From: an uncultured Actinomycetes bacterium | GTDB taxonomy: Bacteria; Actinomycetota; Thermoleophilia; Gaiellales; Gaiellaceae | DNA length: 64,000 nucleotides | Assembly (NCBI GenBank): GCA_963825805.1 | Contig: CAWGVE010000044.1 | Span: forward strand, 29,131 to 93,130 | Direction of reading: 5' to 3' | Shown: positions 18,033 through 26,388 of the stretch, piece by piece | How the letters are laid out: each line of letters starts with the position of its first letter | Position numbering within the stretch: the stretch's first letter is position 1 | Notes under the pieces: generated by a model | What the model was told of the DNA's origin: nothing | The model's input: the letters and a program-made list of their open reading frames with translations, nothing else | The model's database searches: none | Position numbers and translations under genes: made by a program

Positions 18033-19724
18033 GTGGCTCTCGTGATCGCAAAGCACGACGTGCTCGTCGTCGGGGCGGGCTGCGCAGGCATGCGCGCCGC
18101 GATCGAGGCGTTCGATGCGGGCGCGGACGTGGCGATGATCTCGAAGATCCATCCGACCCGCTCGCACTCCGGGGCGGCCGAAGGCGGCATCAACGCCGCG
18201 CTTGGGAACGCATCCGAGGACAACCCCGAGATCCACGCCTACGACACCGTCAAGGGCTCCGACTACCTCGGCGACCAGGACGCGATCGAGATCCTCTGCG
18301 ACGAGGCGCCCGGCGACGTCTACCAGCTCGAGGGCTGGGGGGCCGTGTTCTCGCGGACGGAGGACGGCCGCATCGCGCAGCGCCCCTTCGGGGCCGCCGG
18401 CGCGCCGCGCACCGCGTACGCCGCCGACATCACCGGGCACGTCCTCGTCCAGGTGCTCTGGGAGCAGATCTGCAAGCGCGAGATCCTCACCTACGAGGAG
18501 TACTTCGCCTGGCATCTCGTCGAGAACGAGGGCCGCTGCCAGGGCGTCGTCTGCTGGGACCTCCTCGACGGCGGCCTGAAGACGATCGGCGCGAAGACCG
18601 TGATCCTCGCCACCGGCGGGGCGGGGCGGCTCTACGTCGGGACGACGAACGCGTACTCCTGCACGGGCGACGGCATGGCGATGGCGCTGCGCGCCGGCCT
18701 GCCGCTGAAGGACATGGAGATGATGCAGTTCCACCCGACGACGCTGGCTCCGACCGGCGTCCTCATCACGGAGGGCTGCCGCGGCGAGGGCGCGTATCTG
18801 CTCAACAAGGACGGCGAGCGTTTCCTCAAGCGGTACGCGCCGAACACGATGGAGCTCGCTTCGCGCGACGTCATCTCGCGCGCCGAGCAGACGGAGATCG
18901 ACGCCGGCAACGGGGTCGACGGGAACGTCCTCCTCGACCTTCGCCATCTCGGCGCCGAGCGGATCATCGAGCGGCTGCCGGGGTCGCGCGAGCTGGCGAT
19001 GACGTTCCTCGGCGTCGACCCGATCTACGACCCGATCCCCGTGCGGCCCGGCGCGCACTACCACATGGGCGGCGTCGCCACGGACGTCTGGGGGCAGACC
19101 GAGCTCACGGGCCTGTACGCCGCCGGAGAGTGCGCGTGCGTCTCGGTGCACGGCGCCAACCGGCTCGGCGGAAACGCGCTCATGGAGACGATCACGTACG
19201 GCAAGCGCTCGGGCCTGCACGCGGCAGAGTGGGCGATGTCGCACACCACCGTGCAGGTGCCGGATTCCGTCGAGCGCGACGCCGAACGGGAGCTCGAGGC
19301 CCTCCTCGGCCGCAACGACGGGGAGCGCCCCTGGAGCATCCGCGACGAGCTCGCCAACACGATGCACGAGAACTTCGGCGTCTTCCGCCGGGAGCGCCAG
19401 ATGGAGGAGCAGGGCTCGATCGTGTCGGGCCTTCGCAAGCGCTACGAACGCGTGCTCGTCGAGGACAAGGGCGAGGTCTTCAACAGCGACCTGACGCAGG
19501 CGATCGAGCTGGGCTTCCTTCTCGACCTCGCCGAGTGCATGGTGGTCGCCGGCATCGAGCGCAAGGAGAGCCGCGGCGCTCACGCGCGCCCGGACGACTA
19601 TCCCGTGCGCGACGACGAGAACTTCCTCAAGCACACGATCGTTCGCCTGGTGGACGGTGTGCCGGAGCTCTCGTGGGAGCCGGTACGGATGACGAAATGG
19701 ACGCCGCAGGAGAGGAAGTACTGA
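18033..19724 (+). CDS. sdhA: succinate dehydrogenase/fumarate reductase flavoprotein subunit
   Basis: HDVLVVGAGCAGMRAA is the FAD motif. ISKIHPTRSHSGAAEGG holds the covalent-FAD histidine. HPT..., RGEGAYL and HGANRLGGNAL are also present. GTG 18033 (or 18042) was chosen to avoid overlapping divergent xerC. Confidence 0.9.
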   Translation: MALVIAKHDVLVVGAGCAGMRAAIEAFDAGADVAMISKIHPTRSHSGAAEGGINAALGNASEDNPEIHAYDTVKGSDYLGDQDAIEILCDEAPGDVYQLEGWGAVFSRTEDGRIAQRPFGAAGAPRTAYAADITGHVLVQVLWEQICKREILTYEEYFAWHLVENEGRCQGVVCWDLLDGGLKTIGAKTVILATGGAGRLYVGTTNAYSCTGDGMAMALRAGLPLKDMEMMQFHPTTLAPTGVLITEGCRGEGAYLLNKDGERFLKRYAPNTMELASRDVISRAEQTEIDAGNGVDGNVLLDLRHLGAERIIERLPGSRELAMTFLGVDPIYDPIPVRPGAHYHMGGVATDVWGQTELTGLYAAGECACVSVHGANRLGGNALMETITYGKRSGLHAAEWAMSHTTVQVPDSVERDAERELEALLGRNDGERPWSIRDELANTMHENFGVFRRERQMEEQGSIVSGLRKRYERVLVEDKGEVFNSDLTQAIELGFLLDLAECMVVAGIERKESRGAHARPDDYPVRDDENFLKHTIVRLVDGVPELSWEPVRMTKWTPQERKY

Positions 19725-20821
19725 TGCAAGTCGCATTGAAGATCTGGCGTTTCGACTCGGCGACGGGCGAGCGTGCGCTGAAGGAGTACGAGATCGAGGC
19801 GCCCGAGTGGGCGACGCTCCTCGACTGCCTCGACATCGTCAAGGACCAGCACGACGGCTCGCTCGCCTTCCGCAAGAGCTGCCGGATGATGATCTGCGGC
19901 TCGTGCGGCATGCGGATGGACGGCGCCGCGGTGCTCGCGTGCAAGACGCGGATGTACGACATCGCGCAGTCGGGCCACGTCCCCGTTGTCTCGGCGATGG
20001 GGAACCTCCCGATCCACAAGGACCTCGTCGTCGACATGGATCCCTTCTGGGCCAAGTTCAACGCGATGAAGCCGTGGCTGCAGCCCGGCTACGAGCGCCC
20101 CGAAGACGGGCGCGAGTACCGGATCTCGCAGGAGCGGATGAACGTCGTCCACAAGGAGTCGCTCTGCATCAACTGCGGCTGCTGCGTCTCGGAGTGCAAC
20201 GCGATGGAGTCGGACCCCGAGTTCCTCGGGCCACAGGCGCTCGCGAAGGGGATGCGCTTCGTCGGCGACCCGCGCGACGCGGCGACGATCGAGCGGCTCG
20301 AGGACTACAACTCCGAGCACGGCATCTGGGACTGCACGCGCTGCTACTTCTGCAACGAGCGCTGCCCGAAGGGCGTCGACCCGCGCGACGCGATCGCGAA
20401 GCTCGGCGCCGAGTCGGTCTCCAAGGGAATCGATCGCGACATGGGCGCGAAGCATGCGAAGTGGTTCGTCAAGTCGGCCGAGACCACGGGCTGGCTGCGC
20501 GAGACGGAGCTGGTGCCGAAGACCCAGGGCGTCGTCGAGGCGATCAAGCAGACGAAGTTCGCGCTGAACCTCGCCCGCCACGGCAAGGTTCCGCCGCCCG
20601 TCCCGCCGCACGTGGCGGCGAACGTCGGCGAGGCGCGCAACCTGCACAAGCTCGTCCGCGAGCAGGACCGGCAGGGCGCGCTCGGCCACGTCCAGGGCGA
20701 GCATGCGCTGGCAAAGCTCGACCACGGGTACCAGCCCGAGTCGCTCGAGGAGATCTACGACCGGCCCGGCGCAGCGCCGAGGCCGTGGCTACCCGAAGTC
20801 GCGGAGGAGGAGAAGGCTTGA
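19724..20821 (+). CDS. sdhB: succinate dehydrogenase/fumarate reductase iron-sulfur subunit with a ~115-aa C-terminal extension
   Basis: ATG 19724 overlaps the sdhA stop (TGATG). CRMMICGSCGMRMDG is the 2Fe-2S motif. CINCGCCVSEC and CTRCYFCNERCP are the 4Fe-4S/3Fe-4S motifs. At 365 aa it is longer than the usual ~250. Confidence 0.85.
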   Translation: MQVALKIWRFDSATGERALKEYEIEAPEWATLLDCLDIVKDQHDGSLAFRKSCRMMICGSCGMRMDGAAVLACKTRMYDIAQSGHVPVVSAMGNLPIHKDLVVDMDPFWAKFNAMKPWLQPGYERPEDGREYRISQERMNVVHKESLCINCGCCVSECNAMESDPEFLGPQALAKGMRFVGDPRDAATIERLEDYNSEHGIWDCTRCYFCNERCPKGVDPRDAIAKLGAESVSKGIDRDMGAKHAKWFVKSAETTGWLRETELVPKTQGVVEAIKQTKFALNLARHGKVPPPVPPHVAANVGEARNLHKLVREQDRQGALGHVQGEHALAKLDHGYQPESLEEIYDRPGAAPRPWLPEVAEEEKA

Positions 20822-21723
20822 GCAGCACCGAGACGCAGTTGAAGAGAGTCGCCTACTACAAGGGCTGCCTCGCCTCGCTGTCGGCGAAGGAGCTCGACAC
20901 GTCGACGCAGGCGCTCGCGCCGCAGGTCGGGCTCGAGCTCGTCGAGCTCGAGTCGGTGACGTGCTGCGGCGCCGGCGATATCCACGAGGCGGAGCCGGAC
21001 TACTACCTCCACCTGAATGCGCGGATCCTCGCCTACGCGGAGGCGACCGGCTGCGACATGCTCATGACGGTCTGCAACGTCTGCACGCTCAACCTGCGAC
21101 AGGCGAACTACATGCTGCAGGGCGACTCCGACCTGCTCGCACGGGTGAACGAGAACCTCGAGACCGTCGGCGTGCCGCCGTACTCGGGCCACGTCGAGGT
21201 GCGGCACCTGCTCTGGGAGATCGCCGAGGGGGACGGCTACGAGAAGCTGAAGGAGGTCGCGCACCGCGGCCTCAAGGGGCTGAAGGTGGCGCCGTTCTAC
21301 GGCTGCCAGATCCTGCGCCCGTCGAAGATCCTCGGCTTCGAGGATCCCGACCGCCCGTGGTCGCTCGAGCGGATCATCGAGGCGTGCGGCGGCGAGGCGA
21401 TCGACTACCCGGCGAAGGTCAAGTGCTGCGGCTTCCCGATCATCCAGGCGCGCGAGGAGACGGCGCTGGGCGAGATGATCCAGCCCATCGAGCAGGCGCT
21501 CGAGGCCGGCGCGGACGTGATGGTGACGCCGTGCCCGCTCTGCCATCTCTCGCTCGACGCGTGGCAGTCGAAGCTCGAGGCCGCCACCGGGCGGGCGTTC
21601 AAGCTGCCGATCCTCCACCTGGCACAGCTCGTCGGCGTCGCAGCCGGGCTCGAGGAGTCGGAGCTGAAGTTCAAGCGCCACGTCGTCGACCCGCGGCCTG
21701 CGCTAGAGCGGCTCGAGGTCTGA
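20818..21723 (+). CDS. CCG-domain (heterodisulfide reductase B-like) subunit of a type E succinate dehydrogenase / thiol:fumarate reductase-like complex
   Basis: TTG 20818 overlaps the sdhB stop. Two cysteine-rich CCG units are present (TCCGAGD...CNVC and KCCGFP...PCPLCH). Confidence 0.8.
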   Translation: MSSTETQLKRVAYYKGCLASLSAKELDTSTQALAPQVGLELVELESVTCCGAGDIHEAEPDYYLHLNARILAYAEATGCDMLMTVCNVCTLNLRQANYMLQGDSDLLARVNENLETVGVPPYSGHVEVRHLLWEIAEGDGYEKLKEVAHRGLKGLKVAPFYGCQILRPSKILGFEDPDRPWSLERIIEACGGEAIDYPAKVKCCGFPIIQAREETALGEMIQPIEQALEAGADVMVTPCPLCHLSLDAWQSKLEAATGRAFKLPILHLAQLVGVAAGLEESELKFKRHVVDPRPALERLEV

Positions 21724-21782
21724 GAAACCTCGCCGCGCTCGCCGGGGCCGGCCTCGGCTGGGGCCTGATCGAGGCGGGCTGG

Positions 21783-22523
21783 GTGCGGCTGCGGGAGCTC
21801 GAGGTCGAGCTGCCGGGGCTGCCGCCGGAGCTCGACGGGCTCCGGATCGTGCACCTCTCCGACTTCCACTTCGGCGTCCCCTCGCCCGGCGTCGGCGCTG
21901 CCTGGCAGGCCACCGTCTGGGCTCGCGAGCGGCAGCCGGATCTGGTTGCCGTCACCGGCGATCTGCTGACGAATCCGCGGGGCGAGCCGATGCTGCGGCG
22001 GCTCGTGCGTGTGCTGCCCCGGCCGACGTTCGCGGTGCTCGGCAATCACGACCTCGCCATCAGCCGCGACCCGCAGGCGCGACGCTCCGACTTGCGCGAG
22101 CTCGAGCCGGCGACGCTGCTTCGCGACGAGGGGCGGCTGCTCGAGCTTCGCGGCCGCAGCGTCTGGATCGCCGGCGCGGACCCGCTCCTGATCCTGCGCG
22201 GCCGGCCGCGTCTCGACCCCAACGAGCTCGCGCGGGAGGCCGACTTCTCGATCCTCCTCTGCCACTACCCGCGGGTGCTCGAGCAGCTCGAGCCGGGGCG
22301 CTTCGACCTCGTCCTCAGCGGTCACATGCACGACGGCCAGATCACGCTTCCCTACCCGGGCGGGAAGCTGCTGCTCGCCCATCCGAGCGCGCCGTACAGG
22401 CGGGGCATCTACCGGAGCGCCGCGGCCACGATGCACGTTTCCGCCGGCCTCGGCACGACCTTCGTCCCGCTGCGCTTCGCAGCGCGGCCCGAGGCCACCG
22501 AGCTCACGCTCAGGCAGGGCTAA
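21783..22523 (+). CDS. metallophosphoesterase (calcineurin-like); start uncertain and may lie further upstream near 21720
   Basis: LRIVHLSDFHFG, VAVTGDL, VLGNHD and LSGHMHDGQ are the metallophosphoesterase motifs. There is no canonical start between 21723 and GTG 21783, although the hydrophobic segment LAALAGAGLGWGLIEAGW precedes it in frame. Confidence 0.75.
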   Translation: MRLRELEVELPGLPPELDGLRIVHLSDFHFGVPSPGVGAAWQATVWARERQPDLVAVTGDLLTNPRGEPMLRRLVRVLPRPTFAVLGNHDLAISRDPQARRSDLRELEPATLLRDEGRLLELRGRSVWIAGADPLLILRGRPRLDPNELAREADFSILLCHYPRVLEQLEPGRFDLVLSGHMHDGQITLPYPGGKLLLAHPSAPYRRGIYRSAAATMHVSAGLGTTFVPLRFAARPEATELTLRQG

Positions 22524-22534
22524 CCTAGACCGCA

Positions 22535-22834
22535 ATGGCCGGTCAGGCGTCGATCTCCACCGAGATCCTCGCCCGCTACGCAGCGGACGCGGCGCGGGGG
22601 GTGGAGGGAGTGCACGGACTTGCAGACAGCCCGCTGCCGCGGCGGCACGCGGTTCGCGTGACGGGCGCGAACGACGCCGTCCGGATCGAGCTCCACCTCG
22701 TCACGGAGTGGGGCGCACCGATTCCGGCCGTGGGGAGGCTCGTGCAGGAACGCGTGCGCGAGTACCTGCGCAGCATGGCCGACGTCGAGCCGGAGGCCGT
22801 GCACGTCGTCGTCGACGCGGTGGGGCCCGAATGA
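22535..22834 (+). CDS. Asp23/Gls24-family (alkaline shock) protein
   Basis: 99 aa. ISTEILARYAADAARGVEGV...IELHLVTEWGAPIPAVGRLVQERV is the typical Asp23 pattern. Confidence 0.8.
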   Translation: MAGQASISTEILARYAADAARGVEGVHGLADSPLPRRHAVRVTGANDAVRIELHLVTEWGAPIPAVGRLVQERVREYLRSMADVEPEAVHVVVDAVGPE

Positions 22835-23448
22835 GCACGCGCATCTCGGGGCTCACGGGGGCGACGCTCGAGACGGCGCCGTCGGTCTGCCACGAGTGCA
22901 TCTGGTGGCAGACACGGAACGGCCGCAGCGCCGACAAGCGCAAGTGGATTCGCGACGCCGAGGAGGAGTGGGGCGCCTGGGGAACGGTCTACCACGACGA
23001 CGACGGCCGGCTGCTCGGCTCGATGCAGTACGGGCCGGCGGATCTCTTCCCCCGCTCGCGGGAGCTGCCCGCGGGGCCGCCGGGCGACGACGCCGTGCTC
23101 GTCACGTGCGCCTACCTCACCGATCCGTCGCGGCCGTGGGTGATGCAGTCGCTCTTCCTCACCGCGATCGGCGACGCGCGCGAGCGGGGCGCCCGGGCGC
23201 TCGAGGCGTTCGCGTACCGCTATCCGGAAGGGGAGACGAGCTTCGAGCGCTTCCACGTCCACCGGACGGTCTTCCCGGCGGACTTCCTCGCCGACTTCGG
23301 CTTCGTGCCGGTGCGGACGAAGGGCCGCGTCGAGCTCGCGCGCCTCGAGCTCGGGGGGCTCCAGCCGGTAGAGGAAGGCGCACGCGAGAAGGTGCTCGCC
23401 GTCGTCCGAGAGGCGTTCATGCCGGCGCCGGCGCCGCAGCGCCCCTAG
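22831..23448 (+). CDS. conserved hypothetical protein, possibly GNAT-fold, with an N-terminal CHEC motif
   Basis: ATG 22831 overlaps the Asp23 stop (ATGA). 205 aa with good codon bias. Assignment to the acetyltransferase fold is only by general resemblance. Confidence 0.5.
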   Translation: MSTRISGLTGATLETAPSVCHECIWWQTRNGRSADKRKWIRDAEEEWGAWGTVYHDDDGRLLGSMQYGPADLFPRSRELPAGPPGDDAVLVTCAYLTDPSRPWVMQSLFLTAIGDARERGARALEAFAYRYPEGETSFERFHVHRTVFPADFLADFGFVPVRTKGRVELARLELGGLQPVEEGAREKVLAVVREAFMPAPAPQRP

Positions 23449-24590
23449 CCGACGGCCGCGGCGACTCGCGCCCACGGCAGGAAGACGAGCCTCCCGTTGT
23501 CCTCGACGCGGCTGCTGCTGTAGACGACGCCGGCCGTGTCGATCCTGGCGAGGCCGATCACGGCGGCGACCCCGGTTCCGAACCGGCCGATCACGCTGTC
23601 CTTCCCGCTCGAGAGATTCACCGCGTGGAGCGTGCTGTTGGTGAAGTCGCCGAGGCCGAAGCCCACGCCGGTGGTGTAGATCGCGACGTTGCCCTGGACG
23701 CCGAGGTTCTGGACGAGCTTCGATTCGCCGCGGGTCTTGAAGGTCGTCCGCAGCGCGCCCGTCGTGGAGTCGTAGAGCGCGAGCGTGCCTCCGTACTCGA
23801 GCACGAGGAGATTGCGGCCGTTGAGGGCGACCTCTGCTGCGCGCGGCGTCGGTGTCAGGGAAAGGAGCCGCTTGCCCGCCGACGTGTACACGCCGACCGA
23901 TCCGTTCGGGCGCAGCACGGCCACACGTGCGTGGTCGCCGTATGCGGCCGCGACGGTTCCGGTTCCGCTCGCCACGTGCTGCAGTGTTGTCCCCGCGAGC
24001 GAGTACAGCGCGCCGCTCATGACCGCGTGGTCGACGCCGTCCACCTTGCCGGAACCGTGACCTGCCGTCGTGTAGCGGTTGACGAGGAGCCGGCCACCGG
24101 TGCTCACGAGCCCGCCGATCCAGTTCCCGGCGCAGCGGGGGCCCATCGAGCCGCAGTCGGCGCCGGTGCGCTGGACGGACGCGACCTGCCGCTCGTGTGG
24201 GCTCGCGAGCGAGGAGGTCAAGAGAAGATCCGTGCTGTACGTGTTCGCACCGGTGCGGACGGTCCAGGCGACGCGCGAGCCGGCGAGGGCAACCTCGGAG
24301 AGCCCGCCGGCGTAGTTGTACGGCCAGGTGGAAGTACGCCGGCCGCTGACCGTTCTCGTCTTCCCCGTGCCAAGGCTCCAGACGGACACCTGGCCGGTGG
24401 CATGCCCGTCGGTGCTGCCGAGGCCGTAGGCGACCCTGTTCCCGTTCAGGGCGAGGGCAGTGACCGGGGCATTGAAGTGCCTGGTCTTGACGGCGCTCGC
24501 CGTGCTTCCCGCCGCGCTCGCGCCGACCACAAGGGTCGCGGCCGCCAGGGGCAGCAGCAGCGTGATTCGCCTGACGGTCACGGGTCGCAT
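23445..24590 (-). CDS. secreted repeat protein (beta-propeller-like), function unknown
   Basis: Signal peptide MRPVTVRRITLLLPLAAATLVVGASA. Repeated ~40-aa strands are rich in G/S/T/V ('V..L..NG..V.Y', 'G.V.VY'). Confidence 0.6.
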   Translation of the reverse strand: MRPVTVRRITLLLPLAAATLVVGASAAGSTASAVKTRHFNAPVTALALNGNRVAYGLGSTDGHATGQVSVWSLGTGKTRTVSGRRTSTWPYNYAGGLSEVALAGSRVAWTVRTGANTYSTDLLLTSSLASPHERQVASVQRTGADCGSMGPRCAGNWIGGLVSTGGRLLVNRYTTAGHGSGKVDGVDHAVMSGALYSLAGTTLQHVASGTGTVAAAYGDHARVAVLRPNGSVGVYTSAGKRLLSLTPTPRAAEVALNGRNLLVLEYGGTLALYDSTTGALRTTFKTRGESKLVQNLGVQGNVAIYTTGVGFGLGDFTNSTLHAVNLSSGKDSVIGRFGTGVAAVIGLARIDTAGVVYSSSRVEDNGRLVFLPWARVAAAVG

Positions 24591-24658
24591 TCTCTCAGGG
24601 CGTTAGCGGGCGATTGGCGGCGGTATCCCGACGAGCACGCCGACTTCGATCGAGAAGA

Positions 24659-25522
24659 TCACGCCGAGACCGAGCGCCGGCCAGAAGCTCTAGCCGTGAC
24701 CCCCGACCAGGGAATCAGCTTGGTGCGGCGAGCCCTGCGCCGAGGCGGGCGACGCGAAGGGGCAGCACCTCGTGTTGCGGGTATCTGCGCCCGCAATTCG
24801 TCCGAGATGTCGCGTTCGGCCCAGACCATCACCGTCGGGCCGGACCCGGACAGCGTCGCTCCGAGCGCGCCGTCGGGGAGGTCGGCGCGCAGCTGGGCGA
24901 GATGCGGGGCGGCCGCGGCCCGGTACGGCTCGTGCAGGCGGTCGTCGTGGCTCGCAGCGAACAGGCGCGGGTCCCCCGACGCGATCGATGCGCCGAGCAG
25001 CGCGGCGCGCGCGGCCGTGAACACCGCGTCCTCCCGCGGGACGACGTCGGGCAGCGCCTGTCGTGACTCCGCCGTCGCCACCTGTGTCTCCGGGATCACC
25101 GCGATCGGCAGCGCGGGAAGGTCGTCGGCCACCCGCGCGATGTGCCCGTCCCACGTCAGGCAGACACCGCCCGTGAGCGCCGGCGCGAGATTGTCCGCAT
25201 GTCCTTCGAGCGGGAGCCCTGCCTCGAGCAGCTCCTCCACGCCCGGCTGAACGCCGGCGGCCCAGGCTCCGGCGACGAGGCCGAGCGCGACGATCGCCGC
25301 GCTCGAGCCGAGGCCCCGCTCGCGCGGGATGCGGCTCGACCACTCGAACGCCCACTTCGCGGGCGACGCGTACAGGGAGAAGGCGCGCACGCCGAGATGC
25401 GACTCGTCGGCGTCGCCGCCTTCGCTCAGCTCCAGCTCGTTCCAGAGCTCGAGGGCGGCTCCGGCGACGTCGAAGCCGGGGCCGAGATTTGCCGTCGTCG
25501 CGGGCGCCCGGAACCGCGTCAT
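24659..25522 (-). CDS. thrB: homoserine kinase; the C-terminus is probably frameshifted near 24780-24790 (homologous end in the other frame stops at 24715)
   Basis: ATG 25522 overlaps the thrC stop (ATGA). APATTANLGPGFD and PRERGLGSSAA (GHMP motif) and LSGSGPTV are present. The tail in the other frame reads HEVLPLRVARLGAGLAAPS*. Confidence 0.85.
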   Translation of the reverse strand: MTRFRAPATTANLGPGFDVAGAALELWNELELSEGGDADESHLGVRAFSLYASPAKWAFEWSSRIPRERGLGSSAAIVALGLVAGAWAAGVQPGVEELLEAGLPLEGHADNLAPALTGGVCLTWDGHIARVADDLPALPIAVIPETQVATAESRQALPDVVPREDAVFTAARAALLGASIASGDPRLFAASHDDRLHEPYRAAAAPHLAQLRADLPDGALGATLSGSGPTVMVWAERDISDELRAQIPATRGAAPSRRPPRRRARRTKLIPWSGVTARASGRRSVSA

Positions 25523-26388
25523 CGCTCGACTGCGGCGGGATCCTTCAACCCGTGGCCGGTGACGACGCAGACGACGGTCTCGCCGTCGCTGGCGCTGCCT
25601 CGCGCGAGCCCCGCGATGCCGGCCGCGGACGCGGGCTCCGAGAACACGCCCTCCTGGGTGCGGAGGATCCTCCAGGCCTGGAGGATCTCCTCGTCGTCGA
25701 CGGTGATGATCGACCCGCCGGAGCGCTCGACCGCCTCGTGCACCCACTTCTCGTGCACCGGCTCGGTGATGCGGATCGCCGACGCGACGGTGTCCGGCCG
25801 CCGCGCCGCCTCGACCGGATGCAGTCGGGGCAGACGGCCGACCAGCTCCTCGAAGCCGCGCGCGACAGCGCGGGTGTTGCCGCCGCCCCCGTACGGCAGC
25901 GTGAGTACGTCGGGCACTCGCCCGAGCTGCTCGGCGATCTCCGCGGCGACGCTCATCTGTCCCTCGATGCGGTCGTCGCTGCCGCCGGAGTTGACGAACG
26001 TGGACCCCGGCTCCGCTGCGAGCCGCTCGGCGTGCCCGAACGCGTCCGCGAACGAGCCGTCGATCTCGACGATCTGCCCGCCCACCGCGCGCACCTGCAC
26101 GAGCTTGGAGGCCGCGATCGCGCCCGCAGGCACGACGATCACCGCCTCGATCCCGGCGCGCGCCGCGTAGGCGGCACATGAGGCTGCCGTGTTCCCCGTA
26201 GACGCGCAGACGAGCCGCGTGACCCCGCGCTCCAGGGCCCGCGTCGTCGCGACCGACATGCCGCGGTCCTTGAACGAGCCCGTCGGGTTGGCGCCTTCCC
26301 ACTTCAGCCAGAGGTCGACGCCGAACCGCTCGCCGAGCCGCGAGGCGGCGAGCAGCGGCGTATTCCCCTCACCGAGCGTGACGCTCAC
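25519..26388 (-). CDS. thrC: threonine synthase (short form, ~289 aa)
   Basis: GTG 26388 overlaps the hom stop. LGEGNTPL, NPTGSFKDRGM (PLP lysine), ASTGNTAAS and VTGHGLKD are present. Confidence 0.85.
   Translation of the reverse strand: MSVTLGEGNTPLLAASRLGERFGVDLWLKWEGANPTGSFKDRGMSVATTRALERGVTRLVCASTGNTAASCAAYAARAGIEAVIVVPAGAIAASKLVQVRAVGGQIVEIDGSFADAFGHAERLAAEPGSTFVNSGGSDDRIEGQMSVAAEIAEQLGRVPDVLTLPYGGGGNTRAVARGFEELVGRLPRLHPVEAARRPDTVASAIRITEPVHEKWVHEAVERSGGSIITVDDEEILQAWRILRTQEGVFSEPASAAGIAGLARGSASDGETVVCVVTGHGLKDPAAVER

Noticed and set aside
19130-19723. N-terminal 198-aa extension of the sdhB ORF
   Set aside because: It fully overlaps the 3' part of sdhA in another frame and is R/G-rich. 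A proper ATG at 19724 overlaps the sdhA stop and begins the conserved SdhB N-terminus (MQVALKIWRF...).
17151-19736. 861-aa ORF antisense to sdhA and xerC
   Set aside because: R/A/G/P-dominated low-complexity translation with no motifs. It lies opposite a gene with unmistakable SdhA motifs. This is the typical shadow ORF of high-G+C DNA.
22896-25250. 784-aa plus-strand ORF spanning several minus-strand genes (also 28261..30489, 32689..35130, 50972..53116)
   Set aside because: These cross gene boundaries of strongly supported genes (beta-propeller protein/thrB, lysC/recR, FAH, cydA/ndh) and read as R/G/A/P-rich nonsense.
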